Under the pieces are notes generated by a model. The model saw only the letters and a program-made list of their open reading frames with translations, ran no database searches and was not told where the DNA came from. Position numbers and translations under genes: made by a program. Below are positions 55,264 through 64,000 of a DNA stretch of 64,000 bases, in pieces. Source of the DNA: an uncultured bacterium (GTDB lineage: Bacteria > Patescibacteriota > Minisyncoccia > UBA6257 > 2-01-FULL-56-20); the NCBI GenBank assembly GCA_963696395.1, contig CAVOJZ010000002.1:296347-360346 (forward strand). Reading direction: 5' to 3'. Within the stretch, counting starts at the first letter, position 1. Each line of letters starts with the position of its first letter.

Positions 55264-55647
55264 ATGACCCTATTCGGACAATTCGTCACAACATATTTTA
55301 TATCGACCGCTGCGCTCGCCGGTTTCGCGGTAATTTGGCGCAATTGGCTGGAAGATCACCCGCGATGGAAAGCATGGCTGGGTAATCATTTGAAAGGCAT
55401 CTCCCATGCACTTACTTGCGGATCTTGTTTCACCTATTGGCTTTCACTTGCTTTTGTTTTAATTTTTAATCCGCTCTCGTTCTTCTTAGCGTGCCTGCCA
55501 CCGTTTGAACATCTTTTTCTGCCAACGTCTTACCTCCTCCAGTGGATGGCAATCGGATGGGGAGCTTCTTTCCTGCGATTTTCTTATGTTCTCATCCAGG
55601 AAAATGTGAGTAGTCTTGTCCATCGCCACCAGCCCCATCAACCTTGA
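55264..55647 (+). CDS. Hypothetical membrane protein
   Basis: It has three TM helices. Confidence 0.35.
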   Translation: MTLFGQFVTTYFISTAALAGFAVIWRNWLEDHPRWKAWLGNHLKGISHALTCGSCFTYWLSLAFVLIFNPLSFFLACLPPFEHLFLPTSYLLQWMAIGWGASFLRFSYVLIQENVSSLVHRHQPHQP

Positions 55648-55663
55648 CGAAGGTGACGAGCCG

Positions 55664-56347
55664 CTACGATGATTTTGGTTCGAGAGGGTGCTGTCTGAGT
55701 AAGTGTGTGTAATATAAAAGATTGCGGGCAAGATTTTTTGCCATGTGCGGCGTCGCTTGATTCTTGAGACGTCGCTCACGGTCTGTGGCAGGCGGCTGCC
55801 CCACTTCTCCAACCCAATACGCGGCGCACTCGGGAGGAATCGTAAAACCCATCCAGGTGAGCACCATCATAATGGATCCCATGGTAGACAGGGCACCATC
55901 TTCACTCCCGGTAATCACAACTCCGGCGACTTTGTTATAAAAGGCACTTCTTCCTTCGGCTATATATTCTTCGTCGAATGCATCCAAGCGTTCAATGACG
56001 CGCTGCATCAAACTCGAGCGTCCACCCCACCAGATAGGCGTCGCAAAGATAACGATGTCAGCCTTGCGAAGTTTTTGGGCGATCTCCGGCCATTCATCTG
56101 TCACATTTTCTTTGAATTTTAATCCCACGGGAATATTTTTATCGGCCAGACGAATAATCTCGGCAGAAAGATTCGATCCTTCGATGCCCTTCATGTGATC
56201 GATCACGAGCTGAGCCACTTCCTCGGTATTGGAAATTTCCTCGTTTTTGTGTTTCAAAGAAGCGTTAAGAACCAGAACGTTTATCGCTCCGGATTCCGGT
56301 TTGCAATTCGGCATCTCACACCCTTGGGTTGGTTTGATTTTGTACAT
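55664..56347 (-). CDS. NAD(P)H-dependent FMN reductase / flavodoxin-like oxidoreductase
   Basis: The flavodoxin-like fold has the signature IVIFATPIWWGGRSSLMQRVIERLD. Confidence 0.7.
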   Translation of the reverse strand: MYKIKPTQGCEMPNCKPESGAINVLVLNASLKHKNEEISNTEEVAQLVIDHMKGIEGSNLSAEIIRLADKNIPVGLKFKENVTDEWPEIAQKLRKADIVIFATPIWWGGRSSLMQRVIERLDAFDEEYIAEGRSAFYNKVAGVVITGSEDGALSTMGSIMMVLTWMGFTIPPECAAYWVGEVGQPPATDRERRLKNQATPHMAKNLARNLLYYTHLLRQHPLEPKSS

Positions 56348-56443
56348 GTTTATTCATTATACAAAACCCCTTTATTCCTCCAACCGGCTTGACGAGCCAT
56401 ACGCGGGGGCTCGTGGACAAGGTTCGAACCTGCTCTAAATAAC

Positions 56444-59400
56444 TCAGTAGAGCTTCTGAAGTAATGCCCTCGTTGCCGGTCCAAAGAATCCGGTCCCCTT
56501 GATCCCGTTTGCCTTCTGCCACTTGGCCAGGGCCTGTGCCGTCTTGGCGCCAAAGTAGGTTGATTCGTGTCCGAGAGATCCTGCTCCCGTCTCGGATATC
56601 GGGTAGCCGTTGTCATTCAGGAAGACCTGGAGGTTTTGGACATCCGTCCCCCGTGACCCCACGGTGAGATTTCTCGTAAAGGTTGCGACAAGCTGGGTAT
56701 TCAGCTGCTTCACGAGGGAGAGGAGTTCGGTAAGGAGGGTTTGGAGAAGTGCGGAGTTGCCGCTGGTTCCGGTCCCCGTGCCGGTTGTGGTTGAGGTTGA
56801 TGCGGGAGGGATATAGTAGCCGCCGCCGCCGCCTCCACCTCCGCCGCCGCCTCCACCGCCGCCTCCACCACCACCGCCGCCGGATTGCTGGGTTTCCGTG
56901 GTTGCGCTTGTGGATGAGCTTTGTCCGGACACATTCCCTGCGGCGTCAAAGGCATCTACGGTATATGAGTAGAGGCTGTCCTGATTGAGCCCGGTATTCT
57001 GGTAACTGGTAGCACTGGTCGTTGCGATCTGCACGCTGTTTTGAAATATGCCATATCCGGCTACGGGGATGGAACTTGTGGAGGCACTCCAGGAGAGATC
57101 GATCTCGGAGGGAGAGACCGGGGTTGCGGAGAGATTCTGGGGTACGGAAGGAGGGATGCTTTGCACGGTCACGGTTGTCTGGGCGGTACTTGTGCCGTTG
57201 CCATTCGAAGAAGCCGTGAGGGTGTAGGTCGTGGTGGAGGTGGGAGCGACAGAGAATGAGCCGATGAGGGTTGAGGTCGAAAAACTGCCCGGGGAGATGG
57301 AGACGGAAGAGGCGTTACTCACACTCCAGGAAAGGGTTGAGGTGACGCTTGGTTCTGTATACTGGGGGGCGGCAGAGAAGGATCCAATCGAGGGGGCGGA
57401 GGAGGAAGAATTGTTTGAATAATAATTTGCATTGAACGCCAGCGGACTTCCCGCTCCACCCTCCGAGCCGCCCATTACGTTCATGTAAGCAGCTTCCGCG
57501 GGAATCGCATACGCATGCCCCCCGGGGCCAATCCCGCCAGTCACGTCAGGACCAATCGCAGGCCATGGGATTGAATTGCTCCACCAGGAAGGTTTTGAAC
57601 TGAGATATAACGACGCTGGGAGCGTATTCGTCACATCAGGAGCCCACGTCGTTGAAGCGCTCACCTCGTTATAATCACCGTTTACGAGAGAAGAGCCGTA
57701 AGCAAACGGAGTTCCGCTTGTGGTACTTTGCGCAGCGTTAAAATAACCGAACACAGAACCGTAAGCACCATCACCATAACCTGCAATCGGTGTAGGCCAG
57801 ACTGCGGTCGGGAACTGCGGCATGGGCGTGCCTTGATTGAATTCCGTCAAATTTGCCATCTGCGACGAACCCAGGACATCCCCCAGAAAATTGTCGTTGC
57901 GAGAAAGATAGGTATCATCCACTCCATCGTTTTGTTCTACCGCATACCACCCAGGGCTACTGGTCCCAACACCCAACGGCGAACACGTAACCGTTCCCCT
58001 ACCGAATAGCGGATTGCAGATAATGTCAGCGCCAGTTCCCCAATTTCTAAAAAAGGTTGTATTTTCTTCTGATCCCCAAATACCATCAGTACTAAAGAAG
58101 GAACCTCCGACATTTCCTTCGTAAAGGGTGTATTGCGGGTTCGCTCCGTGCATCGTCACGCAAGCAGAAAGCGAATTGTAGCCTCCGCTGTCAAATGAAC
58201 CTGTGCAGTAATTATATGAAATAACATTTCCTGCGGCGCCCCACTCAAGCATAAGGTAGGCGTGCAATCGCTCCAAAATATTATTCTGAACGAGCATCCC
58301 GGTCGATTTGTAGGCAAGATCGATATCGGAATCATATGTGCCCGGCGTATGAAGATAAGAGTTTGAAAAATAACTATTGATAATACTCCCATGGTACGAC
58401 CATTCGGAAAGAACGTGATCACCGTCGGTATAATTCCCTTCAACACCATTCAACCAACAATTTGCGCATTCTCCCATGTAGAAGTTTGACTGTTCTCCGT
58501 TGATATGAGTATTGTTCGCGTACACCTGGAGGTTTTCTACACCGGCGTCTTTCGCTGCGGCCGTGAACGGCGTTGCCATCGGTTGCGTTGACGTGCCTAT
58601 TCCCATATCCTGCCAGACACAAGTACCGTCATCTACCACTGATCCATTCGTGGGGAATGTTGGTGTTGACGATCCTGTCGTACACGTATATGGAACTGAA
58701 TTATTATTGAATGTTTGTTCATAATAGTGGGTAGGTTGGGATGATGGATTGATATACGTGGCGAGACCGTACTGCGTATTTGGCACCCAACCAGAGAGTT
58801 GGGTTGTATAGTCCGTGAAAAGCGAGGGGCTTATGCCAACCGTATTGCCGTTCACTGATTCGACTTCGACAATCTGACCTTGCGACCTCGATCCGTCGCT
58901 CGTATGTCCTCCGTCGCACCACTCACATTGACCTTCATTGCCAGTGATCGTAACGTCGCCAGTATTCAACTCATCAATCACTAAATAGCTTCCGACCGAA
59001 ATACCCGACGACGTACTCACGGTAATGCTCGTGGATCCTCGCGAGGTGCCGCCAGTCATCTCAAGTGCATTATTAAAATTGGGTCCGTTCAAACTTCCAA
59101 GCAACACGGGAGGGCCAGACGTCGCCTCAGAATTCAAGATTGTTTGATTCGCGCCCTGGCCTCGCAGCGTGACATCGCTTGGGATATTCAAATTTCCGTT
59201 TATCAAAAATGTTCCCGCCGATAAAGAAACTGCATCGCCTCCCGGGCAAGCATTCAGTGCCGCCTGAATGCCCGGGGTCGCGTCGCTCGCACCATTGCCG
59301 TACGTAGTCGCATTCACGGTAGAACAAATGGTGTTACGCACCGGAATTCCCCCTATAACTCCCGCCGTTGACCAGTCAATTTTCCGACTTGGATCGAGGA

Positions 59401-60670
59401 TATCATCCGGTCCGGAAGGCGCTCCCACCGAGGCAGAAACGACCGACGATGTCGCGGACGTATTCCCTACGATATCGAACGCGTCAATATCGTACGTATA
59501 GGTTGATGAAGGCACGAGACCAATGTCGTCGTAATTTAAAGCACTCGTAGTTGCTATTTTTACACCATTGCGATAAATATCGTACCCTCCAACGGAAGTG
59601 TTGTCAGTTGAAGGACTCCACAGCAAATTTATCTCGTACGGAGAAATGGTGTACGCAATGAGGTTTGTCGGCACGGAGGGCGGCGCACCGTCTACCGTCA
59701 CCGTCGTCGTTGCCGTTGAAGTTCCGTTGGTGTTATTTGCCCAAAGCGTGTAGACAGTAGTTGAGGTTGGATGAACATTCGTTGAGCCAACCGGAGTACT
59801 TGTCGAGAAAGAACCAGGGGTAATCGATAGAGACGTTGCCCCTAAAACGTTCCACGACAACGTCGAGGTTCCAGCAGAAGCGACGACTGCCGGATTCGCT
59901 AAAAAGGAATTAAGGAAAGGTGCATTGCCAGTAGCAGATTTAAATGTCGCGATATCAGCATACATCGGCGATGAAGTATTGGTAAATGTATTCGCATAGG
60001 TTCCCGTTGACGTCACGATGCGATCGGCGGTAACCATGCACTGGACGCCGGGCATTCCATCATAAGAACTTGCCTCAATCGTCCATCCTGAGCTCACGGT
60101 CCAGTTTGAAGTCGGTGCGCAAGCATATGCCCCCGCAAGGGAGAAGAGAAGTTCGTTGCTCCCTGCTGTCGTAACATATCCGGTGCCAACCGACGGGCCA
60201 GCCGCCGTACTACTCCCATTTAGTTGATCAAGAGGGCTCGATGTCGCAACTCCTGTGTATTCGTGTATCGCGACCGCACTCCACCCCGGCCCGCTTGGCC
60301 ATCCAACAGAGACAGAATCCGCACCGCCGTGAATATTTTCCGCGTAATAAAGTGTATCTTGAATAGAATCGTAACCGCACGCGACGGTACACAGGGTTGA
60401 AGAGACCAGGGTAAAAGCGTCGCCCTCCGTATCGGAGATGGTCCCGGTCGCCCCTGACCCAAAGATCGAAACCACCAGAAAATCTCCACTCGTGGTGCTT
60501 GAAGCGAAAGAAACGGTGGTTGTCCCAGCTGAACCGAGATAGTTCGAGGGCGAGCTCGTTGCTTGAATAAGACTAATCGCCGCCCTTGCCGGCTTCGCTT
60601 GCACCCCAAAGAAAATGAGCCCGAGAACTACCACTATATAGAGAGATTGCTTATAAAGTTTGCCTGCCAT
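56444..60670 (-). CDS. Giant (1408 aa) secreted cell-surface protein with two fibronectin-III-like domains, a right-handed beta-helix region, a 23-residue poly-Gly run and a C-terminal peptidoglycan-binding domain
   Basis: It has a signal peptide. Fn3-like segments appear twice (PSVPTNLIAYTISPYEINLLWSPS.. and PSVPQNLSATPVSPSEIDLSWSAS..). An NNILERLHAYLMLEW region resembles a beta-helix. A G23 run is encoded at about 56820-56890. The C-terminus has a PG_binding_1-like domain. Confidence 0.75.
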   Translation of the reverse strand: MAGKLYKQSLYIVVVLGLIFFGVQAKPARAAISLIQATSSPSNYLGSAGTTTVSFASSTTSGDFLVVSIFGSGATGTISDTEGDAFTLVSSTLCTVACGYDSIQDTLYYAENIHGGADSVSVGWPSGPGWSAVAIHEYTGVATSSPLDQLNGSSTAAGPSVGTGYVTTAGSNELLFSLAGAYACAPTSNWTVSSGWTIEASSYDGMPGVQCMVTADRIVTSTGTYANTFTNTSSPMYADIATFKSATGNAPFLNSFLANPAVVASAGTSTLSWNVLGATSLSITPGSFSTSTPVGSTNVHPTSTTVYTLWANNTNGTSTATTTVTVDGAPPSVPTNLIAYTISPYEINLLWSPSTDNTSVGGYDIYRNGVKIATTSALNYDDIGLVPSSTYTYDIDAFDIVGNTSATSSVVSASVGAPSGPDDILDPSRKIDWSTAGVIGGIPVRNTICSTVNATTYGNGASDATPGIQAALNACPGGDAVSLSAGTFLINGNLNIPSDVTLRGQGANQTILNSEATSGPPVLLGSLNGPNFNNALEMTGGTSRGSTSITVSTSSGISVGSYLVIDELNTGDVTITGNEGQCEWCDGGHTSDGSRSQGQIVEVESVNGNTVGISPSLFTDYTTQLSGWVPNTQYGLATYINPSSQPTHYYEQTFNNNSVPYTCTTGSSTPTFPTNGSVVDDGTCVWQDMGIGTSTQPMATPFTAAAKDAGVENLQVYANNTHINGEQSNFYMGECANCWLNGVEGNYTDGDHVLSEWSYHGSIINSYFSNSYLHTPGTYDSDIDLAYKSTGMLVQNNILERLHAYLMLEWGAAGNVISYNYCTGSFDSGGYNSLSACVTMHGANPQYTLYEGNVGGSFFSTDGIWGSEENTTFFRNWGTGADIICNPLFGRGTVTCSPLGVGTSSPGWYAVEQNDGVDDTYLSRNDNFLGDVLGSSQMANLTEFNQGTPMPQFPTAVWPTPIAGYGDGAYGSVFGYFNAAQSTTSGTPFAYGSSLVNGDYNEVSASTTWAPDVTNTLPASLYLSSKPSWWSNSIPWPAIGPDVTGGIGPGGHAYAIPAEAAYMNVMGGSEGGAGSPLAFNANYYSNNSSSSAPSIGSFSAAPQYTEPSVTSTLSWSVSNASSVSISPGSFSTSTLIGSFSVAPTSTTTYTLTASSNGNGTSTAQTTVTVQSIPPSVPQNLSATPVSPSEIDLSWSASTSSIPVAGYGIFQNSVQIATTSATSYQNTGLNQDSLYSYTVDAFDAAGNVSGQSSSTSATTETQQSGGGGGGGGGGGGGGGGGGGGGYYIPPASTSTTTGTGTGTSGNSALLQTLLTELLSLVKQLNTQLVATFTRNLTVGSRGTDVQNLQVFLNDNGYPISETGAGSLGHESTYFGAKTAQALAKWQKANGIKGTGFFGPATRALLQKLY

Positions 60671-60699
60671 GTGGCTTACCTTTCATTCTACCTTGTTCC

Positions 60700-60707
60700 G
60701 GGGGGGG
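60700..60707. repeat. Homopolymeric C8 (G8 on plus) tract about 30 nt upstream of the giant surface protein start codon
   Basis: The sequence ttccggggggggcataagg is seen directly. Confidence 0.85.
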
Positions 60708-60820
60708 CATAAGGAGGCTTGGGGATAAGGAGACCTCCTTGGAAAACCTTTTATTAATATGAGGTTCGAACGTCGTCCCTTCCTCCCGAGGTAGGGACTC
60801 GTACCAAAAATTCGTATTCG

Positions 60821-60907
60821 CGGAGAGGGAGGGATTCGAACCCTCGGTGCCGGTAAAGGCACACAGTCTTTCCAGGACTGCTGTTTAAACCACTCGCACA
60901 CCTCTCC
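60821..60907 (-). tRNA. tRNA-Ser(GGA), class II
   Basis: The reverse complement GGAGAGGTGTGCGAGTGGTTTAAACAGCAGTCCTGGAAAGACTGTGTGCCTTTACCGGCACCGAGGGTTCGAATCCCTCCCTCTCCG has anticodon loop CTGGAAA and a long variable arm. D-arm pairing is imperfect. Confidence 0.72.
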
Positions 60908-60946
60908 TTTCTTTTACTGACCAATAAGATTGTGCCTTGAAAACGG

Positions 60947-61858
60947 CTACACTGCAACTTTGCGGAGCGCCGCAATGCGTTCTTCGATTGGCGGATGTGT
61001 CATCCAAATTTTGTGCCACCAGGAAACGTGCTGACCCTTGAACGGCGTATCAATCCAAAGATGCGCCGTTGAATCTTTCGCAGCGCGCATCGGCACGGTG
61101 TCTACGGCGATTTTCTGCAAAGCCGAGATGAGGCCTTCCGGATAGCGCGTGAGCAAAACGCCCGAGGCATCCGCGAGCGCCTCGCGGCGGCGCGAGATGG
61201 CGAGCTGGATCAGCATGGTGCCGATCGGCGCAAGGATGGAAAGGATTATTCCGACGACGAGAAAAACCACTCCGGCTTCGCCGTTATTTCTCCCTCGTCC
61301 TCCGCCGATGCCGCCGAAGAAAAGCGAACGGAGAAAAATGTCCGCGATGAGTGAAATGATGCCGGCAAGAACCGCGGCAACCGTCGAAACAAGAATGTCC
61401 CGATTCTTCACGTGCGACATTTCATGCGCGAGCACACCTTCAAGTTCCGATTTATTCAGCCGTTGCAACGCCCCCTGTGTTACGGCAACCGCAGCGTGCT
61501 CGGGATTCCGTCCCGTGGCAAAAGCATTGATCTGCATCTCGGGCGTTATATAAATCTTGGGCATCGGCAGGCCATCGGCAATACAGAGATTCTCAACGAC
61601 ATCCCAATACATCGGGTTATCTTTTTTCTCAACGGGTACCGCGCGCGCCATTTTCAAGGCGATCGTAGCGGAGGAATAGTAGCTGATAAACGAATAGACG
61701 ATGCTGAAGATGACGGCAAAGATAAGAAAACTCGGATCGCCGTAATACATTGAAATCACGTAGCCGATTGCACCGACGACGATAAAGAAAACAAAAAACA
61801 TCAGCCACGTTTTACGGACATTGGAAGACTGCAGGGAATAGAGATTGGTGGCGGCCAT
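60947..61858 (-). CDS. htpX: Zinc metalloprotease HtpX (M48 family)
   Basis: The HEMSHVKNRD (HExxH) motif and four TM helices are present. Confidence 0.88.
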   Translation of the reverse strand: MAATNLYSLQSSNVRKTWLMFFVFFIVVGAIGYVISMYYGDPSFLIFAVIFSIVYSFISYYSSATIALKMARAVPVEKKDNPMYWDVVENLCIADGLPMPKIYITPEMQINAFATGRNPEHAAVAVTQGALQRLNKSELEGVLAHEMSHVKNRDILVSTVAAVLAGIISLIADIFLRSLFFGGIGGGRGRNNGEAGVVFLVVGIILSILAPIGTMLIQLAISRRREALADASGVLLTRYPEGLISALQKIAVDTVPMRAAKDSTAHLWIDTPFKGQHVSWWHKIWMTHPPIEERIAALRKVAV

Positions 61859-61860
61859 CG

Positions 61861-62427
61861 TTAAAACTTCACTTGCACCGGCGCTTTCTCCGCATCGGAG
61901 AGGTCGCCGAAGAATTGCATCGGCTTAAAATTGAACGTGCTTGCGATGAGATTCGACGGGAACATTTGAATCTTGGCATTCAAGTCGCGAACCATGCCGT
62001 TGTAAAACCGCCGCGCAGCCTGGATCTTATCTTCCGTGTCAGTAAGCTCATTCTGCAAGTTCAAGAAATTCTCATTCGCTTTGAGCTGAGGATAATTTTC
62101 CGCAACCGCAAAAAGCGATTTTAACGTTTGCGAAAGTTGGTTTTCCGCCGCGGCTTTGGCGAGACCCGTTGCCTGCATCGCGAGTGACCTTGCCTGCGCG
62201 ACATCTTCAAACACCGTTTTCTCGTGAGAGGCATAACCTTTCACCGATTCAACGAGATTCGGGATGAGATCGTACCGGCGCTTAAGCTGAACATCAATAT
62301 CCGAATACGCCTCCTGAGACCGGGTGCGTGTGCGAACCAGACCGTTATATGAGCCGATAAGCCACAAAACAAGCACGACCACGACCGCTATGAGAATCCA
62401 TTCAATAATCATGGGTATATTATACAA
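61861..62427 (-). CDS. lemA: LemA family protein
   Basis: An N-terminal TM helix is followed by the LemA helical domain (GYNGLVRTRTRSQEAYSDIDVQLKRRYDLIPNLV). Confidence 0.85.
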   Translation of the reverse strand: MYNIPMIIEWILIAVVVVLVLWLIGSYNGLVRTRTRSQEAYSDIDVQLKRRYDLIPNLVESVKGYASHEKTVFEDVAQARSLAMQATGLAKAAAENQLSQTLKSLFAVAENYPQLKANENFLNLQNELTDTEDKIQAARRFYNGMVRDLNAKIQMFPSNLIASTFNFKPMQFFGDLSDAEKAPVQVKF

Positions 62428-62481
62428 AAAAAGAAGGGGTTTTGCAACGTAAGGTTATACGATACAAAACCCCTTTTGGGT

Positions 62482-62817
62482 CTATTTCTTTTTCCGTGGC
62501 GGCACGGGATGCGGCAAGGTTGGCCGTTTCGGGTTATTATCCGGATCTTCAATGAGGTCCGGCCTTAAGCCAAAGGTGTCGAGAAGCACGAACGGATATT
62601 TTTCGTGGATGGCCGGCGGAGGCGGAACTTCGTACGGTGAAAAGTCAATGTTCTTCACGGTCAATCCAGCATTGTTCGATACAAGTTTTGGAATCACGGT
62701 CATGTCAGAAAACGTTCCCAACGTGACGTCATGCTTCTGTGAAAAAGCCGAAGTCGCGACGGCTGCCATCACGACGAAGACGATCATCAATCTCAATTTC
62801 ATACCTTTCTCCCGCAC
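62482..62817 (-). CDS. Hypothetical small secreted protein with a Pro-rich C-terminus
   Basis: It has a signal peptide. Confidence 0.35.
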   Translation of the reverse strand: MREKGMKLRLMIVFVVMAAVATSAFSQKHDVTLGTFSDMTVIPKLVSNNAGLTVKNIDFSPYEVPPPPAIHEKYPFVLLDTFGLRPDLIEDPDNNPKRPTLPHPVPPRKKK

Positions 62818-62906
62818 AACCAGATTCTGATGTTCTGGTTTGAATTATAACATTTTAATGTGCTTTGTCAATCTTTCCCTCCGGCCACTCAAAATAACGC
62901 CTGCGA

Positions 62907-62939
62907 AAACAAAAACGGCCACTGCTTGTGGTCGTTTTT
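62907..62939. terminator. Bidirectional intrinsic terminator downstream of groEL
   Basis: The hairpin acggccac..gtggtcgt is flanked by A- and T-runs. Confidence 0.65.
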
Positions 62940-62961
62940 GCATGTACACGTGTGGCTGATC

Positions 62962-63996
62962 TTAATAATCGTCCCCTCCCATTCCCGGCATGCCCCCTGG
63001 CATTCCCCCGCCCATCGGCGATTTCTTTTCGGGGATATTCGTAACCGCCGCACCGACAGTGAGATAGTTTGCCGCAACGGAAATGGCGTTCACAAATGCC
63101 ATCTTGGTCACCTTGAGCGGATCGATGATGCCCGCTTCTTTTAGGTCCGCCATTTTGTTGGTCATGGCGTTAAAACCATGCCATGGTTGATTCTTGCGAG
63201 CCTGGAGTTCCGCAACAATCCGATCCGGAGACTCTCCGCTGTTCGAAACAATTGCGCGAATCGGAGCTTCGAGTGCGCGCAGAAGAATCTTTGCCACCCC
63301 GTCTTTAATGCTTGCGGTTGATTTGCTGTCTTTGGACATGCCGGCGAGCTCAAGCGAAGCGTTGAACAACGCGATGCCGCCGCCGGGGACGATGCCTTCC
63401 TCCATGGCCGCACGGGTCGCGGAGACCGCGTCTTCGACGCGCTGCTTCAATTCTTTCTGCGCCGATTCGGCCGGTGCACCGACTTTGATGACGGCGACGC
63501 CACCGGAAAGTTTGCCGAGCCTTTCCTGCAATTTTTCTTTATCGAAATCTGATTCCGTTTTCTTGATCTGCGATTTGATCTGCGCAACGCGTGCATCAAT
63601 GTCTTTCTTTGCCGCCTTCCCGCCAACGATCGTCGTCGCATCTTTTGCGGAAACAACGCGATGTGCACGGCCGAGGTCGGTGAGTTCAACATTTTCGAGC
63701 TTCTTGCCGAGTTCGTCGGAAACGAACTGCGCTCCGGTTACAACGGCGATATCCTGCAACATTTCTTTCTTGCGATCGCCAAAGCCAGGAGCTTTTACGG
63801 CGAGCACATTGAACACGCCACGGAGCTTATTCAAGACGAGCGTTGTCAACGCTTCGCCTTCAACGTCGTCGGCGACGATCAACAGTTCTTTCTTGCCGCT
63901 CTGAACGATTTTTTCGAGAAGCGCCAGGATTTCCTGAATGGACGAAATTTTCTTATCCGTCACGAGCACGTAAGGGTCTTCGAGAACGGCTTCCAT
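62962..63996 (-). CDS. groL: Chaperonin GroEL, C-terminal portion. The N-terminus lies beyond the window end.
   Basis: The GroEL equatorial and apical sequence (AVKAPGFGDRRK..VGAATE..) is present, ending with the GGM-repeat tail MGGGMPGGMPGMGGDDY. Confidence 0.93.
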   Translation of the reverse strand: MEAVLEDPYVLVTDKKISSIQEILALLEKIVQSGKKELLIVADDVEGEALTTLVLNKLRGVFNVLAVKAPGFGDRKKEMLQDIAVVTGAQFVSDELGKKLENVELTDLGRAHRVVSAKDATTIVGGKAAKKDIDARVAQIKSQIKKTESDFDKEKLQERLGKLSGGVAVIKVGAPAESAQKELKQRVEDAVSATRAAMEEGIVPGGGIALFNASLELAGMSKDSKSTASIKDGVAKILLRALEAPIRAIVSNSGESPDRIVAELQARKNQPWHGFNAMTNKMADLKEAGIIDPLKVTKMAFVNAISVAANYLTVGAAVTNIPEKKSPMGGGMPGGMPGMGGDDY

Positions 63997-64000
63997 CTTC

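Noticed and set aside
56810-56895. A highly repetitive ccgccgcc..ggtgg stretch that might look like a short-repeat array
   Set aside because: It is in-frame coding sequence for the G23 run of the 1408-aa surface protein. It lacks the spacer-repeat periodicity of CRISPR and is a coding microsatellite only.

Overview
This 64 kb window reads as a compact, gene-dense bacterial chromosome segment with no rRNA, CRISPR array or intact prophage. Its gene content (reduced protein sizes such as a 506-aa IF-2 and 565-aa Rel, a type IV pilus cluster with a fused PilM-PilN, DprA, a free-standing LAGLIDADG endonuclease, few biosynthetic genes) suggests a small-genome, possibly Patescibacteria/CPR-like organism; this is inference only.

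Recognisable content:
- A type IV pilus locus (pilin, PilB ATPase, PilC platform, pilin-like protein, PilM-PilN fusion) beside DprA.
- DNA and stringent-response housekeeping genes: topA, rel, parAB, gyrB, IF-2, RbfA, NusG-SecE-S18 and a GroEL C-terminus.
- A B12-dependent class II ribonucleotide reductase next to a corrinoid adenosyltransferase.
- Six tRNA genes: Ile-GAT, Val-GAC, Leu-CAA, Leu-TAA, Ser-GCT and Ser-GGA.
- Secreted peptidases (G1/eqolisin-like, S8/S53, a frameshifted M13) and two large peptidoglycan-anchored surface proteins.

The parts most worth a second look:
1. Two tRNA genes (Leu-TAA, Ser-GCT) are each followed by a short, hairpin-dense non-coding insert that ends in an 18-23 nt direct repeat of the tRNA's T-loop-to-acceptor 3' half. 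The two inserts share a homologous GC-rich hairpin module. This fits either scars of tRNA-targeted integrative elements or a small family of plus-strand sRNAs carrying a primer-binding-site-like antisense copy of the tRNA 3' end.
2. A compact flavin module: a membrane-anchored FMN-binding protein with an SGAT flavinylation motif, an ApbE flavin transferase, and a polytopic RnfD/NqrB-like membrane domain fused to an NqrF-like FAD/NAD reductase. It looks like a minimal NQR/RNF-like redox system.
3. A GC-poor islet carrying a free-standing double-motif LAGLIDADG homing endonuclease immediately downstream of tRNA-Leu(CAA).
4. Homopolymeric G/C tracts in the promoter regions of a PAS-GGDEF/ECF-sigma pair (G11) and of a 1408-aa surface protein gene (C8), which are candidate phase-variation switches.
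5. A four-copy ~35-nt intergenic repeat family (GCACAGG..CTGGA..TTCGAAC) within 1.6 kb.
6. A perfect 18-bp palindromic operator in a Fur-family regulator's promoter.
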